The translations under genes and the position numbers were made by a program. From Catajapyx aquilonaris (lineage: Eukaryota), in contig KZ538590.1 of the NCBI GenBank assembly GCA_000934665.2, forward strand, positions 1 through 60,168: a stretch of 60,168 nt of DNA, given 5' to 3'. Shown one piece after another: positions 1 to 24,900 of this stretch. Below the pieces are notes generated by a model. That model made no database searches. It was not told the origin of the DNA and saw only the letters and a list, made by a program, of their open reading frames with translations. Position 1 is the first letter of the stretch, and each line of letters opens with the position of its first letter.

Positions 1-681
1 ATCGGTCGCGTATGTTTCCCTGATTTTAGCCCTTCTTATTAACATTCCAATTCTAGACTCTCATTTGATTAGCAAGTCGCTTCATTTCCACCTTAAGCAA
101 ACCTTGATATGGGCAATAAGCATGAGTAGTGCACAGGTGAGAAAAATCATCCTCACAGGCAAATGGTTGGTTTTGAGACTGATAATTAAGTGTTAGGAAA
201 AGCCTACGGACGTGGGACAGCAATTTGGAGGAACCTGTTAATGTATATTTTTTACATAGTTGAGTGTTTCCTGATATACCATAATCTTATCTATTCCTGA
301 AAATTTGTGCAGAATGGAGCATTTTTATTGGATGCAGGTTTTCTCTGTAGTTTTGTTGTTACCATACGTGTCTTTCATAATGCGATCTAAGATATGTAGT
401 GTTTGAGACATGCAGGTGCAGTTAAATATGACCTAGATTTATATCACTTGTCACAACCCTTAGAAACATTCTTTGCAACTTTCTGGACAGCAATGCCATG
501 TGGCACCTACTCATTCAGATGGCCAGCCCTATTGGGACATACTTTGTAGGGAAGGACATCTGAAATAGTTACACAGTCATCTGTGATGAGCTGAGGGCCA
601 GTTTTGTGAAAGTAAATTTGGGTACATCTGGGATTGTGATACGTTTTCATGGTACTTCTTTTTTTTTGGGGGGGGGGGGGG

Positions 682-698
682 NNNNNNNNNNNNNNNNN
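682..698. other. Assembly gap (Ns) next to a poly-G run; single Ns also at ~43468 and ~51990
   Basis: N characters within or after G homopolymers. Confidence 0.95.
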
Positions 699-755
699 AT
701 TGTGAGTAAATACAGACTTTAGCAACATTAAGGAGGCCTTATAATAAAATAATAA

Positions 756-12444
<11,689 letters not shown>

Positions 12445-12612
12445 AAATTTAAAAATGAGAAGAGTGAATTATAAAGAAAAAAAGAGAAACAGAATTAATG
12501 TTGGCAGTTTACTATTTGCAGGGGAAGATGGGGAGGGGAGGGGGGAAGGGAAATTAGGACAGTAGATAAGTGGATGACTCACCTGGTACAGGACTGCTCT
12601 CGTGTAAATTAA

Positions 12613-12618
12613 TTTATT
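12613..12618 (-). terminator. Candidate INPP5E polyadenylation signal AATAAA
   Basis: TTTATT on + strand, ~390 nt past the INPP5E stop. Confidence 0.45.
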
Positions 12619-12731
12619 CGGTGGCAATGCATGGGGGGAGGGGTGGGGAGGGGGGTCTAGGTCATACAATTTTTTTAATCATCTTTTTTTTTTTGTCTTC
12701 TTGTGAGGCTGCGGCCTGTTATAGTAACAAA

Positions 12732-12737
12732 AATAAA
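12732..12737 (+). terminator. Candidate USP7 polyadenylation signal AATAAA
   Basis: First canonical AATAAA I found downstream of the USP7 stop at 12444. Confidence 0.5.
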
Positions 12738-13003
12738 GGATGAAGCAATCAATGCCTAAGGCCTCGTTTGGTGCATTGGCTGCCGTCCCACCTAACTTGT
12801 CGTTTCCTTTTTTAAAAAGCCTGCTTTTTTAGAGAGGGGGAGGGGGGAGGGCCAAAGTGAACAGTGCAGTGCCAGTGCATAAATTATTATTTTCTCGTTC
12901 GTTGTACGTGTTTTCAAGCACAGGTGGTGCGGTTGACCAAAAAAATGACTGATTTTGTGGGGTGCTTGGTAGGGTGGGGGGAAGGTATTGAGGGAGGTGG
13001 TCT

Positions 13004-15414
13004 TCACTGCAGGCTGCAAACAACGGAGCTTTTTGGCAGTGCGAGTGGCTCCATGGCCTTGACCCTTCGCTCCAATCCAGCCAAATACACCTCCCGGTTG
13101 AACAACCCACCGGACAAAGGAATCCTGTAATTACATGGCAACCCTCTATTAACAAGAAGCCCTGCAGTTGGATCCTGCAAAACAAGATCCCTACAAAATT
13201 CACCAAGTAGCAGGGCATAACATTATAATGCTGTAATTGATAAGAATAAAAAGAGAAAGAGTCTGTACGTGTCTTTGCCGGGTCGTAACACAAGCTGCAT
13301 GAGGGACCAGACTGGTCGATGGTCAGAGGTCATGATGGAGGGTGCATCTGAGTACAGGATGGATGTTGGCTTGGCATGTGGGCGATGCTTCCAGATGATT
13401 CGGTCTGTGTATGCTGGGCAGCGCTTCTTGGCAGAAGTGTCGTATCTACACAAAGGAAAAGGGGGAAAAAATTAGACTGTCATGGAATCCCCAAGATAGA
13501 CCTATGGCCCCTCAAGGTATCGTCTTCAACTCCTGCCTTCATCCAGTGAATGTGCTGTTGATGGATTTTGATGGTGGAAGGAAATGGGAAAACGCTCAGA
13601 AAACTAGTATGAACATGGAGAGAACACAGAAACTTTTCTTATAATAGGAGAAAATCATTCCTCCCATCTGGGAATCGAACTTGGGACCTTAGAGGTTCAC
13701 TGGGTTCTGTCTGTGTTTACAGGGGTTATCTCAAGTTACACCCTCAATCAAAACCTATTACTGACAAGCGAGTATGAATTAATGAGGTTGGAAATTAAAA
13801 GACGATCCTCTGAAAGCCCACACTCTTCCCATGGGATGATCATGATGATTATTATTATTGACCTGCAACATGTAGCACCGGAGAAGTTAATCTACTAGCA
13901 TTTCTTTGTCAGTATGGATATTACTTATATTTACACGAACTTGTGGGGGAAGAGGGAGCGAGACGCTCTTCATGATGGTTTACAATGACACGTACATTAC
14001 TGCTCTAACGTCCACTGCAAGCATGGATTAAATTTCCAATGCAATAAAGTAATTACCGTGATGACCCAATATCCATCTTGTAGGTGGGTGGAAACCGGAT
14101 AGGTGCCTCCTGGAATCGCCGGAAGGGCTTCCCACGAGCTAACACTGGGCGGAGTTGATCTCCCTGCAGTAGTTTTCCCCAATCCTTCTTGGCCACCATT
14201 GACGTGACCTGCTCTCGAGACTGCTCCAGTCTGAAGTTAAGGTCACCCGACCAAACCACAAAGTCAAAGTTGTCTGTTGCATCAGGCTGACGGAGTTGTG
14301 GAGCTGGGGGCAAGATTCGGGGCAGTTCCAAGGCAGAACAAATACGTGACACCTCTTGTAAGCGTTGGTCCAAGCCATGGACATGTGCAGACAAATGTGA
14401 CGTAATGAATAGGAATGAGGTGCCAAAAAGCACAAATGCAATTGCCACCGCTCCTTTTGTTTTGGATGCAGCTGAAGTAGCTGCAGCAACCGGCCCAGCA
14501 CGTGTCCCAACACATGAATCTTCTGCTATGGAGCAGAACCAGACTAGTTCACGGCGCAGGAACACAGCCAAGTGTAAGGATCCCATACACACCGAGTGTA
14601 TCATCACAAAAGGCGGCCCTAAGGTTTCCTGCAGTGATACTTCCCAACTCAGGCGTTCAGATGGTCCTAGCCCTTCTTGGGTGCCAACCACCACCAGGTG
14701 AGGCAGCTGCGCATGTCCCAGCTGGTCAGGAAGAACCAGCGAGAACAAATCTGGTGGTGGTGGGCGTGCATTCATGTTCCAGGTGCCTACCAGAAGGCGC
14801 AATTGGCGCATAGGCAGAGCCCGCTCCAGCTCAGCCGTGCCTAGCAACGGAATAGCCGACAAGCGTCCGTGGAGGTAGCTGCGTAAGCGTGACTGATGCC
14901 CCACAAGTGACGGACGTTTCTGTGACCAGGAGCAGGCTTGCGGGAGCGATTCAGGCAGGGCCCCTCCACAGTGTGGGCACCGACCCTGGGGTGCGCTGGG
15001 CACCTCCAGCTGTGATTCAGGCGGTGGTGCAGGGGCACATGGGGCTTCAGGTGGGGAGCTGAGGAGCGACTCGCTGCTGCTGGACCACTCTGGCTGGCAG
15101 CGAGGGGCCATCCGCTCCAGGGAGCTGTCGCTGGGCACTTTGGAGGTTGTGGTTCTGGGCGACTCGGCTGAGCTGCAGGCGGTGGGTGGAGGCGGCGGTG
15201 GAGGAGGAGAGGAGGAGGAGGAGGAGGAGGATAGGCGAAGCATGAGGCGTCTGGGCCGGCTGATGGACGGAGACGGGGTGGGCGCCGAGGCGGAGTGGTT
15301 GGCGGCCAGGTCGCTGCTTCCATCACCATGGTGAGGCTTCTGCTCTCCTCCTCTCCTGGCCAGCAGCGGGATGGGCTTGGATCGCTTGCTCGCCTCCTTG
15401 CGGTCCAGGGACAT
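13004..15414 (-). CDS. INPP5E: Inositol polyphosphate 5-phosphatase E
   Basis: Exons 15414-14057, 13445-13269, 13124-13004. 5-phosphatase motifs VGTWNM, GTQE, WSGDLNFR, PPTYK, PAYTDRI, SDHRPV. C-terminal FNREVYL and CaaX box CSLQ*. Start taken as the first in-frame ATG (MSLDRK). Confidence 0.92.
13480..13710 (-). mobile_element. Degenerate tRNA-derived SINE in INPP5E intron
   Basis: B-box-like GTTCGATTCC on the minus strand at ~13671-13680, followed by a SINE-like body (TTCTCTCCATGTT...TTTCCTTCCACCATC). Boundaries approximate. Confidence 0.45.
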
Positions 15415-16189
15415 CACCACCGCCGGGCAGGCAGGCAGGCCTGTCCGCCGCCCCAGGAAGGCAGAGGCGCAGAGCGAGGGCCGAGCGTCGGCCAGCGGAG
15501 GGAAGGAACTTACAGACGGACGATGGGCGCCGCCATTTGTAAGCTGCCGCCCAGGAACAGTTGCCAGACGAAGAGTGGATCTGTATGCGCTCCATCTGGC
15601 CACCTGTGTGGCTGTGTGTCAGAGAGAGCGCGCCGAAACAAGTACAGTACGTACGTAGCCTGCCTACCCAGCCTACCTGATGGAACAGTCTCTCATGTTG
15701 TGGATTTCACATCCTGAAAAGTGAGTACTTTTTTCAACGTTCAATTGAGCAGACCTTGATCTCATACTAATGAAATTCAAAGTATTGCCTTCCTGATACA
15801 ACCGTTGCAATATGAAAAATGGTCCCTGCTGACCTGCAATATCAAGGCAATATTCTGTGCTCATGACCTGAAAAAGACAGCTTACAAGCACTGCAACTAT
15901 CATACATAATAAGTTGCACACTATTTTTTCTGCATTAGAAATCCTCATCAATAGAATGCTTATTCAATTTGGGGTTGAACTTGTGTCTGACAGACGACCC
16001 CGTTGAGTGCCATAGCATTAATTTCCTCTGCTTCTTTAACACAGTTTTTGTACCTGTTTAAGTGCTAATTCCAATCTTCATTAGCCAGTGCATGACTAAC
16101 ATTGCTCTTACCTGTACATAATATTTTGTTACCTGGCGAAAAATTCTCTCATTGCTTCCCTCCTGACAATCCTCACAGATAAGGGCTGC

Positions 16190-16648
16190 CAGCGCCCAGC
16201 AGTGGCGGATTTACCCCATCGGCCGCCCCTCCCCCTCCCCCCAATGCCGCTTAAAAATTCAATTTTTCTTGTCGAGTTCTCTCCTTAATTTCATTTTATT
16301 TTATACAAATTTTATATTCTAACCCTTTAAACTTGTGGCCACCCCCGGAGGGCGGCTGCCCTTAGGCTTTTTTGCCTAGTGGCAAATCTGGCAATGGGAA
16401 CCCGCGACGAAATTTTTGAAATTTTTAAAATATTTCACCTTTATTTCTTATTATTTAGACTATTTGAAAAATATTTATTGCAACTAGCGGCCACCCCTAG
16501 GCAATTTCCTACTCTGCCCAATGGTAAATCCGGCGCTGCTTCCAGTCGCGTAATTATTTATTATTAATGTTTCGTTTACTTTTTTGTATGCCTAAATCTG
16601 CCGCCCTAGGCAACTACCTAGGTTGCCTAGCCGTAAATCCGGCTCTGG
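16190..16648. mobile_element. Degenerate, probably nested hAT-type MITEs
   Basis: CAGTGGCGGATTTACC at 16200 is complementary to GGTAAATCCGGCGCTG (~16522-16537) and GTAAATCCGGCTCTG (~16633-16647). Repeated GCCGCCC / CCCTAGGCAA motifs. TSDs not clean. Confidence 0.6.
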
Positions 16649-16961
16649 CTGCCAGCCCCCTATCACTTGAGCCACGTGTTGATCTCATACATTAATATAC
16701 CTATACCATCATCTCAACGATGCCCTTTATCCCCATCACGATTCACTTGAACTCCTGCCTTTCGTTGATAAGGAAGGAAATGCAATCTGGGGTAGCTTCA
16801 AACATTGGCTGCACCATTACTTCATTGAAGAGACATATTATAATTACAATGGACAAGAAACAGGCCTATTTATTCATACATAAAAGGGACATCAAAATGT
16901 TGGAGACAGATCGATACAAGGATATAGGTACAGGGAATGTCCACCAATAACAAAACATATT

Positions 16962-19701
16962 TCAAGTCTTCTTCCATGAATAAAACATCTCCAAAGGCTT
17001 GTTGACCTTCCAGTACTTATCATTTACCTGCAAGAGCAAAAGAGATGAGTGGTGTGGTTGAGACCCCATCAGCAGTGACAGTGGTTACCTTTGCATTTGC
17101 GGAGGAGGAAGGGGTATGGTGGGGATGGTGAGGGTTATGAGAATTTGGGTGGGAGGGGGTTTGGGTAGGTGGTGGTTGTGGTGGGTGTGTGCGCACCTGC
17201 TCCAGCGTCTGTGTGCCAGAGAGAACGACGTACTGTCCTGGCACTGGTGCAATGTAGATCTTGAAGTTCGAGAGTGAGTTTGGCAACTCTGAGTCCAAAT
17301 CAAGGGTAAGGCGCATTGCCAAATACTTGCTCAAGTGGTCCACTGTTAAAAGGAAAAGCTAGAGTAAATGAATCAATCCGCCATGGTGTATCTCACACTA
17401 TAGTCAGCAGCAGTCCAACCTGACAACCCCTTGTCTCAAGCCCCTCCCCCAACCTTCACAAAAAGCATGTCAAGTTTTCATTTGTCAGGAAAGGGAAGAT
17501 GAAGTGATGACCAGAAAACACAGAATGTTATCTGTTTTGAATTGTTGTACATTCAAAAATCATTAGAGAACTCTGCAATCAATATCGTTGCAACCATTTC
17601 TGAAAATAAACAGGATATTCTAATCCTACAATTTCATTTCACTCTGCGCTCATTTTGATTGGCGTGCCAGCAAGGAGCCAGGGTCTCAAGTTCATCCCTT
17701 TGGCTTGTGCAAGAGGGTGTGACATCCTAAGTTGGACTCCTAGTGACTTGAACACAGTAGTTGGTAACCAAAAGCTACATACTTTCCACTGCTGCTTGAC
17801 CCTAACAAGTTGGAAGTGTTTACCTGTTGCATTTGCTGTGGTCTTGATATAACGGACCGAGTTTTCCTTGAGAGCACGGATAAGTGAATTGTCACCAGAC
17901 ATTTCCGTTGGGTGAGGCTTGAATACCAGCTCTATCTCTCCCAGACCTGCTTCTGATGACGGGGAAGGAGATGGGGAAGGGGATGGTGATGGGGAGGGGG
18001 GACCACCCACACTGCTTCCCTCACCACCATCTCCTCCACCTCCTGCACCACCTCCACTACCTGCCATCAACCAGTCCTGGTGATGGTGTGGATGGTGATG
18101 CTGGGGATGGTGCTGTCCCCTGGGTGAATCTCCCATCCCAGAGGAAGAAGGTGGGAGGGTATGGTGTTCAGATGACGCAGATGATGTTGAGGACGATGAT
18201 GAGGACCCAGTTTTTGGGCGCTTGGCTTTTGGGCCAGAGGCATCGGCATTGGCTGCTGCATCTGCTCCAGTGGTGCTGCTTGATTGTTCCAGAGGTAGGC
18301 TACCCGTGGGAGAACCAGGTGTTGGGGTTGCCTGCAAGTGTATTAAAAACAAAAATTAAGTAACTGTAGCTCCAATCCAGCAATTATTTGCATTATGGGG
18401 CATGATAAACAACTGTGATAAGGCACTTGGGTCAACTTACATTAGCTGTGTTGTTCCCCTGGCTGTCTGACCCGGGGGCAGGTTGACCGCTCTCCCCACC
18501 CCCCTGGTTTGGCCCCCCCTTCCTCCCTCTCTGTGGCCTGCTCTGGCTCTGCAGTTTAATTCCCTCTTGAATTGACGAAACTAGTGCTGCTTGGGAATGG
18601 CTCTTGGACAACTTGGCCAGTGCTCTCTCCTGCTGTGCCTCATATTCATCTCTGCTGGGGTATATCTTTGCAATCAGCATATCGAAATTGGGATCCGGTC
18701 TTAGTGATCTCTTGGAGACCAGCTTCTTCCTGCACGTTGGACACTCCTTGTTCCCAGAACGCAGGGCTGTGATTATACATTCTGAACAGAAACGATGTAG
18801 GCATTCTTTAGTGGTCATTGTGTTCTTCAACATGTCCAGACATATTGGGCACATCAGCTCGGAGTGAAGTGAACGTGGAGATACAGCAATCTCAGTTCCA
18901 TCTGTAACCATCAAAAATATCAGCTTGCAATTCAGGTCATCACAGTTTTATATTTCCACAATGACAGTTAACCAATCAGTCTTTGATATGGTCAAGATGT
19001 GAATAAACCTGCAGGTGCACAGGAAAAACCCTAACAGTGGATATCAGCAACGCACTTCACATTGGAAGGTGGTTAAAGAGGGTTGACGACAAATGCGACA
19101 TTGTGCTCAAACTTGGTATTAAAACTTTAGTCAACAAAAAAAACTGCTAAGTAAGAATTGTGTTCAGTCTGAAACGGCTAACTTGGTAGCTCATGACCCA
19201 CATTTGAGGGACCAAAGCCTTATTGACATTCAACCTTTGCTTGAACACCGCAGCCACGCTTGTCTGTCATACCTCCTCAATCTTGTTCTACATCAATATC
19301 TACTGAGATCTACACCACGCAGACCAAGCATCATATATATATACAGACAAATGTTGTGCTTCTGTGAGACTGTCAGCTTGCAGCTTCTGCACTGTCATAC
19401 AACAAGGCGTGTGTGCGGATAGGGCGTGCACGTGTGTTTGTGTGTGTTGTTCTGTACCTGTGACGGCCTCCTGCGGCTGTCGGTGCAGCTCGTAGAGACT
19501 GAGCTCCCAGCTCTTGCTGGTGCTGCCGGGCGGGGGAGGAGCGGAGGAGTTGTTGTTATTGTTGCCGCTGGTGTTGTTGCTGTGGTTGTTGTTGTTGGCT
19601 GCCGCCGCCGCAGCAGCCGCCGCCGCCGCCGCTGCAGCAGCTGCGGCAGCCATCGCCGCAGCCGTCACCGACGATGAGTTGTTCTGGTCCGTCGTCGCCA
19701 T
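16962..19701 (-). CDS. Sce: Sex combs extra / E3 ubiquitin ligase RING1-RING2 (PRC1 H2A ligase)
   Basis: Exons 19701-19458, 18901-18441, 18331-17824, 17342-17197, 17027-16962. [22 protein letters not shown]...KECLHRFC...CPTCRK, RAWUL domain (IELVFKPHP...[14 protein letters not shown]...[13 protein letters not shown]). AATAAA at 16874-16869. Confidence 0.96.
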
Positions 19702-22700
19702 TTGCGGGGTCAGGTCTCCTCTCCTCCTCCTCTTCGGGTGGCAGGGGAGGGAAGAGCCGCTTGTAGCGTAGTAGCAAATGCTGCTATCTTCCCTCTCGGA
19801 TCCAAGGCTCAGGGCATTTCGCGCCCTTGCATGATCATCCGTGCATATCTCTTGGATAGATGTTTCGCCCGGTTTCGCCAGTGCTTGAGCTTGGTTTTAT
19901 TCCCATCCGAGCGGAGAGGGCCCAGATCCGAGGGCGACAACATATAATATTTGTAGCTGCTATTTGGACAGCAATTGTAGCAATAGTTATGGCGCGCTTT
20001 TTTTTCCTCCCTCACCCCCCCTCCCCCCTGCCTCCACCGTACTTTTCCCCTCCAGCCACCTACAACCACTGAGGGTTCACGAACCCTCCGCAGTGGCGCT
20101 AAACCTCGGCTCGTGGAAACACCGCCTGCCGACCTGCGCCACCAAGTGGAACCACTCCCAACCACATTTGAAATACGGGCTTGGAAATGACCTGCTGCGA
20201 CACCGTGCTGCCCCAATATTCTCCTCGGCCATCGCTCATTTGATAAATTTTGAGGGAATAACTTGCTGGTAGGGCATTGATAGGATGGTAGAAACTTGGC
20301 ACATGCCGATGGATATTTTTGAAACATTCAATTGGCGGAATTGGGAGGCGAAAACCAAAATTGGCACATTCGCGGAATGGAGGGAAGAATCATATGGAAC
20401 AATGTCGTATTAAATATTCCTAAAGGAACTTATGTCCGAGAGTACTAACTACACAGTAGTACTTACAGCAGGCATATATACGATCTCAATTATTCCAATA
20501 TCCAAGAATATTATAGCAGGATATAGGCATAATTATATACACAATAACATGTTATTTCGTGTACCGCCTCGCCGGGTGTCATCGCCCCCACACAACATTA
20601 TAATGCAGGCCTCAAGCAGTTTCTCATTATCGAGCTCTTTACCAACAAAGCACCTTCCCTTTCTTATGTGTGCAGCTGATAATGCCCTAACCCATTAAAT
20701 GTGTATAAGATTCAGCAAGAATTTCCATCAGTGATGGGGAGTGGCTGCCATTATCATAATCAAAATGCATCTGCGGGAAAGAATCTCATCATGAACTTCC
20801 TCTTTTTAACGAGATGAATTTGGAATTTGTCGTGGAGCAGTTAGTGAAATACGCCCCCATGAAGCATGCGACCTTGAGTATACATGTGTACAGTACAGTA
20901 CTTCGTAGTTCGTACAGCTATTTCAGGTTGCGTATTATTGACAGTAGAATGATTGGCACTCGCTATAGACGAGTCGTTTTCTTGGTGGATTTTCGATGTG
21001 TGATTTAGCCTGTCAATATTACTATTACAAGAAAATGCGTGAACAAGTAAAAGTCGAAGTATATCTACATGTATTCTAGGTGCACCGAGCACGTGGCAAT
21101 TTCCAATTTCGTCGTTTACTCTCTGATGGGAAGCAAGCATTTATATAGCCAGGCAGGTATAGTGCATTTGTCTGTATTTCCTTATGTAGATCCCAATCTC
21201 AGGCATAACGTCGCTTGATGAGAGGGAAACCCCGCACTTACTTCCAGACAAGAATGCTTCCAACTACTTTATGGCGATGTAATGTGATGCCGGAATACCT
21301 CCTGTTAATACATTATGTTGTCCCCGCCCCTTCAATCATTAGTGTAAGAAACTCCCTGGATGTTATCTTATACGTGGACGATGATTAGGTAGTGCAGCTA
21401 ATGACTCCCTAATATTACCCATTAGACCGGTTTTTGAGTGCGTGAATGTGTGGGGTGGCATGTATACTGTACGGTATACGTGTGTGTGTAATTAATGCTG
21501 CACGTAAAGGTAAGCCTCTGCCTGTATAAACTACTATTTTTGTAGCCTTCGGGATTTGAAAATTGAGCCCTACGTGGACACTTCAGAGCATTACCTTTGC
21601 AATAAATTGTTTTATACAGTTGGCTGCAGGGATGGCAGATCAGCGAATGCAAATTTTAAATTGCAACGAATTTTGATTATGCCGTGAATGATGACTAATT
21701 ATAACTACACATAAAGCTGTCGCTTGATGCATTTTCGCTCTGGTGAGTCCCAGGAGGTTTGGTGCCAATGTGCCAGTACAAGAATAAGAATATAAAATAA
21801 ATTATGAGAATACTGACTTGCAATTTCAATTTACGAGTAGAATAGTGTGAAAAAGTATAGGCAAGTCAGGCGTAACATGTTACCAAATTCCCAAAATCAT
21901 TGGTCTACCTGGTTTTCAGATTTTTCTTTCTCTTCAATAAAAATTCTACCCTGCTGAAAATTTACATGCTTTAGGATGAATAGTTCTTCCAACCATATAT
22001 ATTTTTTACGTAATTCTTGTATTTTTTTCTGTTTCTTTCCTGAGGTAAACGTCACGTTGCTTGGGTATCTCACAAAAAACTAACCAGCTGAGAAAGTTGT
22101 GAGCATGTAGACCTATAGTACTATCTACATATTGCCTGTATAGACTTTTCACAACAATACAACACAGTAGGCTTATAAATTAAATTTATTTTGGATAATT
22201 GTCGTGGAATTGCATGAAGGTAATTTGCGCAAGTTATTACGAGAATTTAATCATAGCAAGTTATTCTATAACACATGCATTTGGAAAATAAAGAAGGGGG
22301 ATATAGAGGTTATTTTATTTTTTCACATACCGTACAGTAATGAACTAATCTTTCCCTGCCGATCGCATCACCGCACCGTATCATAAGCGTCTGATCAAGG
22401 TTACTCGTTAAAATACTCAGGATATACAGTATACTGCATGGCTATATGGCTATTATAGTGTTCAATTATGCAAGTATAGTGAACTGTATAAGTTGAGATT
22501 GAATGGGTTTTCAAGGGTATTTGATTGACTTTGCCACATACGCACTGACATGAGAGCATGTGCAGTACTATTTTGAATTCTTTAAAGTTTTGGGAAAAAA
22601 CGATACGAAACCATTAGCACTTTTAAATAAACGAAGTGAAAGTTACACAAAATTCACAACCTTGTCAGAGCGCTGATTGTTGTATAGCGCAAGGCTAAGT

Positions 22701-23283
22701 GGTTCGAAACATTAATTTCTCGACACATATTTGTATTTGTATAGTACTTTCGAATGAAATCATGCGATTTTAAATATATACGGTAGGCCTATATGAAAAA
22801 ATACACGAATTTACAATTCGCATAAAGTTTCTTATCTCGTGAAACATTTACCTAGCTACACAGTGAAGCTGTGAGTGAATAAAAAGACCGAAAATAGAAT
22901 TATGGAGAAGAAATTATGGGAAATAAGTGGGAAAGACTTCCCATCAAGTGACGAGTGTGAACAGGCACAATGGTTGCGTGGTAAGAAATGAGCGGAGACA
23001 TGAACGAGCGAGTAAGTTGTAGGTCAGGATGGCGAATTTTTGCGATGTAGATATATGATACTGTATATACCTTCATAAACTCTTACTTCTCTAAGAATAA
23101 CTACTTATCTTATTACTCCCCTGATACAAGTGATAGGCTCCATACTATGGGGACAGCCTTTCCTATATGTTATTATTTCCTATTAGCGGTGATTTTCTTG
23201 CAGTTGTTATAGGACATCTGGTAATAATAAGACGGTACGGATGCTATAAATAAATAATAAGTTATTTACTGATTCAGTAATAA

Positions 23284-24397
23284 TTATACAATCGTTGATG
23301 GTGGAAAGTCGGGTGTCATGGGAGGTGGTTGAGCCATAAGCAGAATAATAAGCCTGGACGGCTTTCCATTGAAGAGAAATGTTCCTCGCAGAAAAGTAGC
23401 CTGAGGCAGTTGGGGACGACGTGCCGAATAATGGTAGCCTGCTTCTTGGTCACCGCTTCCTTCCGATTCTTCGGCTTCGGAGCCTTCTGTTGGTGCAGGG
23501 GGCAGCTGCACCACCTTGGCCGGCTTTCCGTTCGACACAAACACCAGCGGCAGGTTGTTGAGGTCCTGGTTCAGGCCTGATGGGGGCAGCTCCTGGGGCA
23601 GGCCCATCGGTGGAAGGCTCAGAGGCAAAGGCAGTCGCAGGTAAAATATGGGAGAGTCAAATGTCCTCCTAGCAGCAGGCATGATATTTCCGATGCCAAA
23701 TTCGCTCATCTGTTGGGCCGCTTCTTCGTTGTCTTCTTGCGGCAATGGTGTGTGCTTGCTGCTGTCATGCGATCCCTGCTCCCGGTCTCGAGGGAAGAGG
23801 CGGAAGACAGCGGGGGTCGAAGAGCAGGGCTGATGCAGGAGCGACGCAACCAGCAGCGTCAGCGCCAACAACGGCGCCCTGAACGTCCAAAAAATACAAT
23901 AATTATAATTATTAACGAAGGACACTTGAAATACAAGTGATGTCCCTCCGTCCCTGACTGCGCAGAGTATCGATTTGACGTCTCATTAGCAAATTGATTT
24001 TGGCTCTGGCAAATATTGACTACACACTCGACTGCCCCTGTTAGGCAGGGACACAACTTTCACACTCGCCCCTCGTCGACCATGCCCAGGGAAGATGGAT
24101 GAGTCACCTTACTAGGGGGTCAGTTGGGACAGCTTTCATTACGGTGATTACGCATCTTGGGACTGACCCCAATTACCTAAGACACATTAGCAGAGGACCT
24201 TATATCTCATATGGTTTAGTAAGAAAGAGAGTGTCTTTTTTATAATGCCAATTTCATGACTACATTGCGCGCACATCCTGCAATAAATATGGGGCCTTCA
24301 CGTTTTACAATATGGAAAGGGTTGGTCAAAATATTTGCGTAATGTTGAATATGCATAATACGTATGAGTATCAGATCACCGTAAACACGTACCTCAT
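23284..24397 (-). CDS. Small secreted arthropod protein with SPIFYLRLP and two NGKP motifs (DUF4786-like, tentative)
   Basis: Exon 1 ATG AG|gtacgt at 24397-24393 in ACAAATG context. Exon 2 23878-23284 after ttcag. N-terminus MRAPLLALTLLVASLLHQPCSS is signal-peptide-like. Family name is from memory of the motifs. Confidence 0.75.
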
Positions 24398-24538
24398 TTG
24401 TAATGCGATATGTAGTGCAGTCGTCTGTGTGTCCGTCGGAGATGGTGAGGTCGAACCTTGGAGAGATGTGGGAGTCTGCTGCTGCACTTTGGGAACGAAT
24501 GGATGGAATTGTGTGGAGGCAGGGGTAGGAGGGAACCT

Positions 24539-24545
24539 TTTTATA
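24539..24545 (-). promoter_or_regulatory. TATA box of the secreted-protein gene
   Basis: CCTATAAAAAGG on the minus strand, Inr-like ACAATT ~33 nt downstream, and an ATG-free leader up to the ATG at 24397. Confidence 0.6.
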
Positions 24546-24900
24546 GGAATGGCCTTAGGGGAAGAAGAGAGGACAGTGAGAGGGAAAAATGGGGGAGGTT
24601 TGAGGATCCGTCCCCCTGCTGCCCCTACCCATGCAACCAGCAGCAGGGTGCATCTGCCCATTTCTTCCTCTTTTTTTGTGTGTGTGCGTGGTTTGTTGGG
24701 TTAAAATGATTGTGGGAATTAGCCTTTTTGGACGTGGTTCGTTTTAGGCGATGCGCCCCGAAAGAGAATGAGACCCATTCCGCCAAGGGTGGGAAAAAAA
24801 CAACGGTGAAGGGAATTGGGGAAGGAGGGCAGGCAGCAGCATTGATGGATGATGATGGGCTGTCGGACCGCAGCAGCTGCAGTGCTCAAAAGTTAGGCAG

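Noticed and set aside
15415..15951. N-terminal extension of INPP5E from GTG 15603, or an upstream coding exon from ORF 15673-15951
   Set aside because: The start is non-ATG, and the plausible splice 15677->15603 leads to an out-of-frame stop. Treated as leader or promoter sequence.
19809..20327. 172-aa minus ORF upstream of Sce
   Set aside because: No recognisable motif; lies in the GC-rich promoter/5' UTR, where chance ORFs are common.
24371..24661. 96-aa ORF with a signal-like N-terminus
   Set aside because: It spans the TATA box and leader of the secreted-protein gene; only its final Met-Arg is likely coding.
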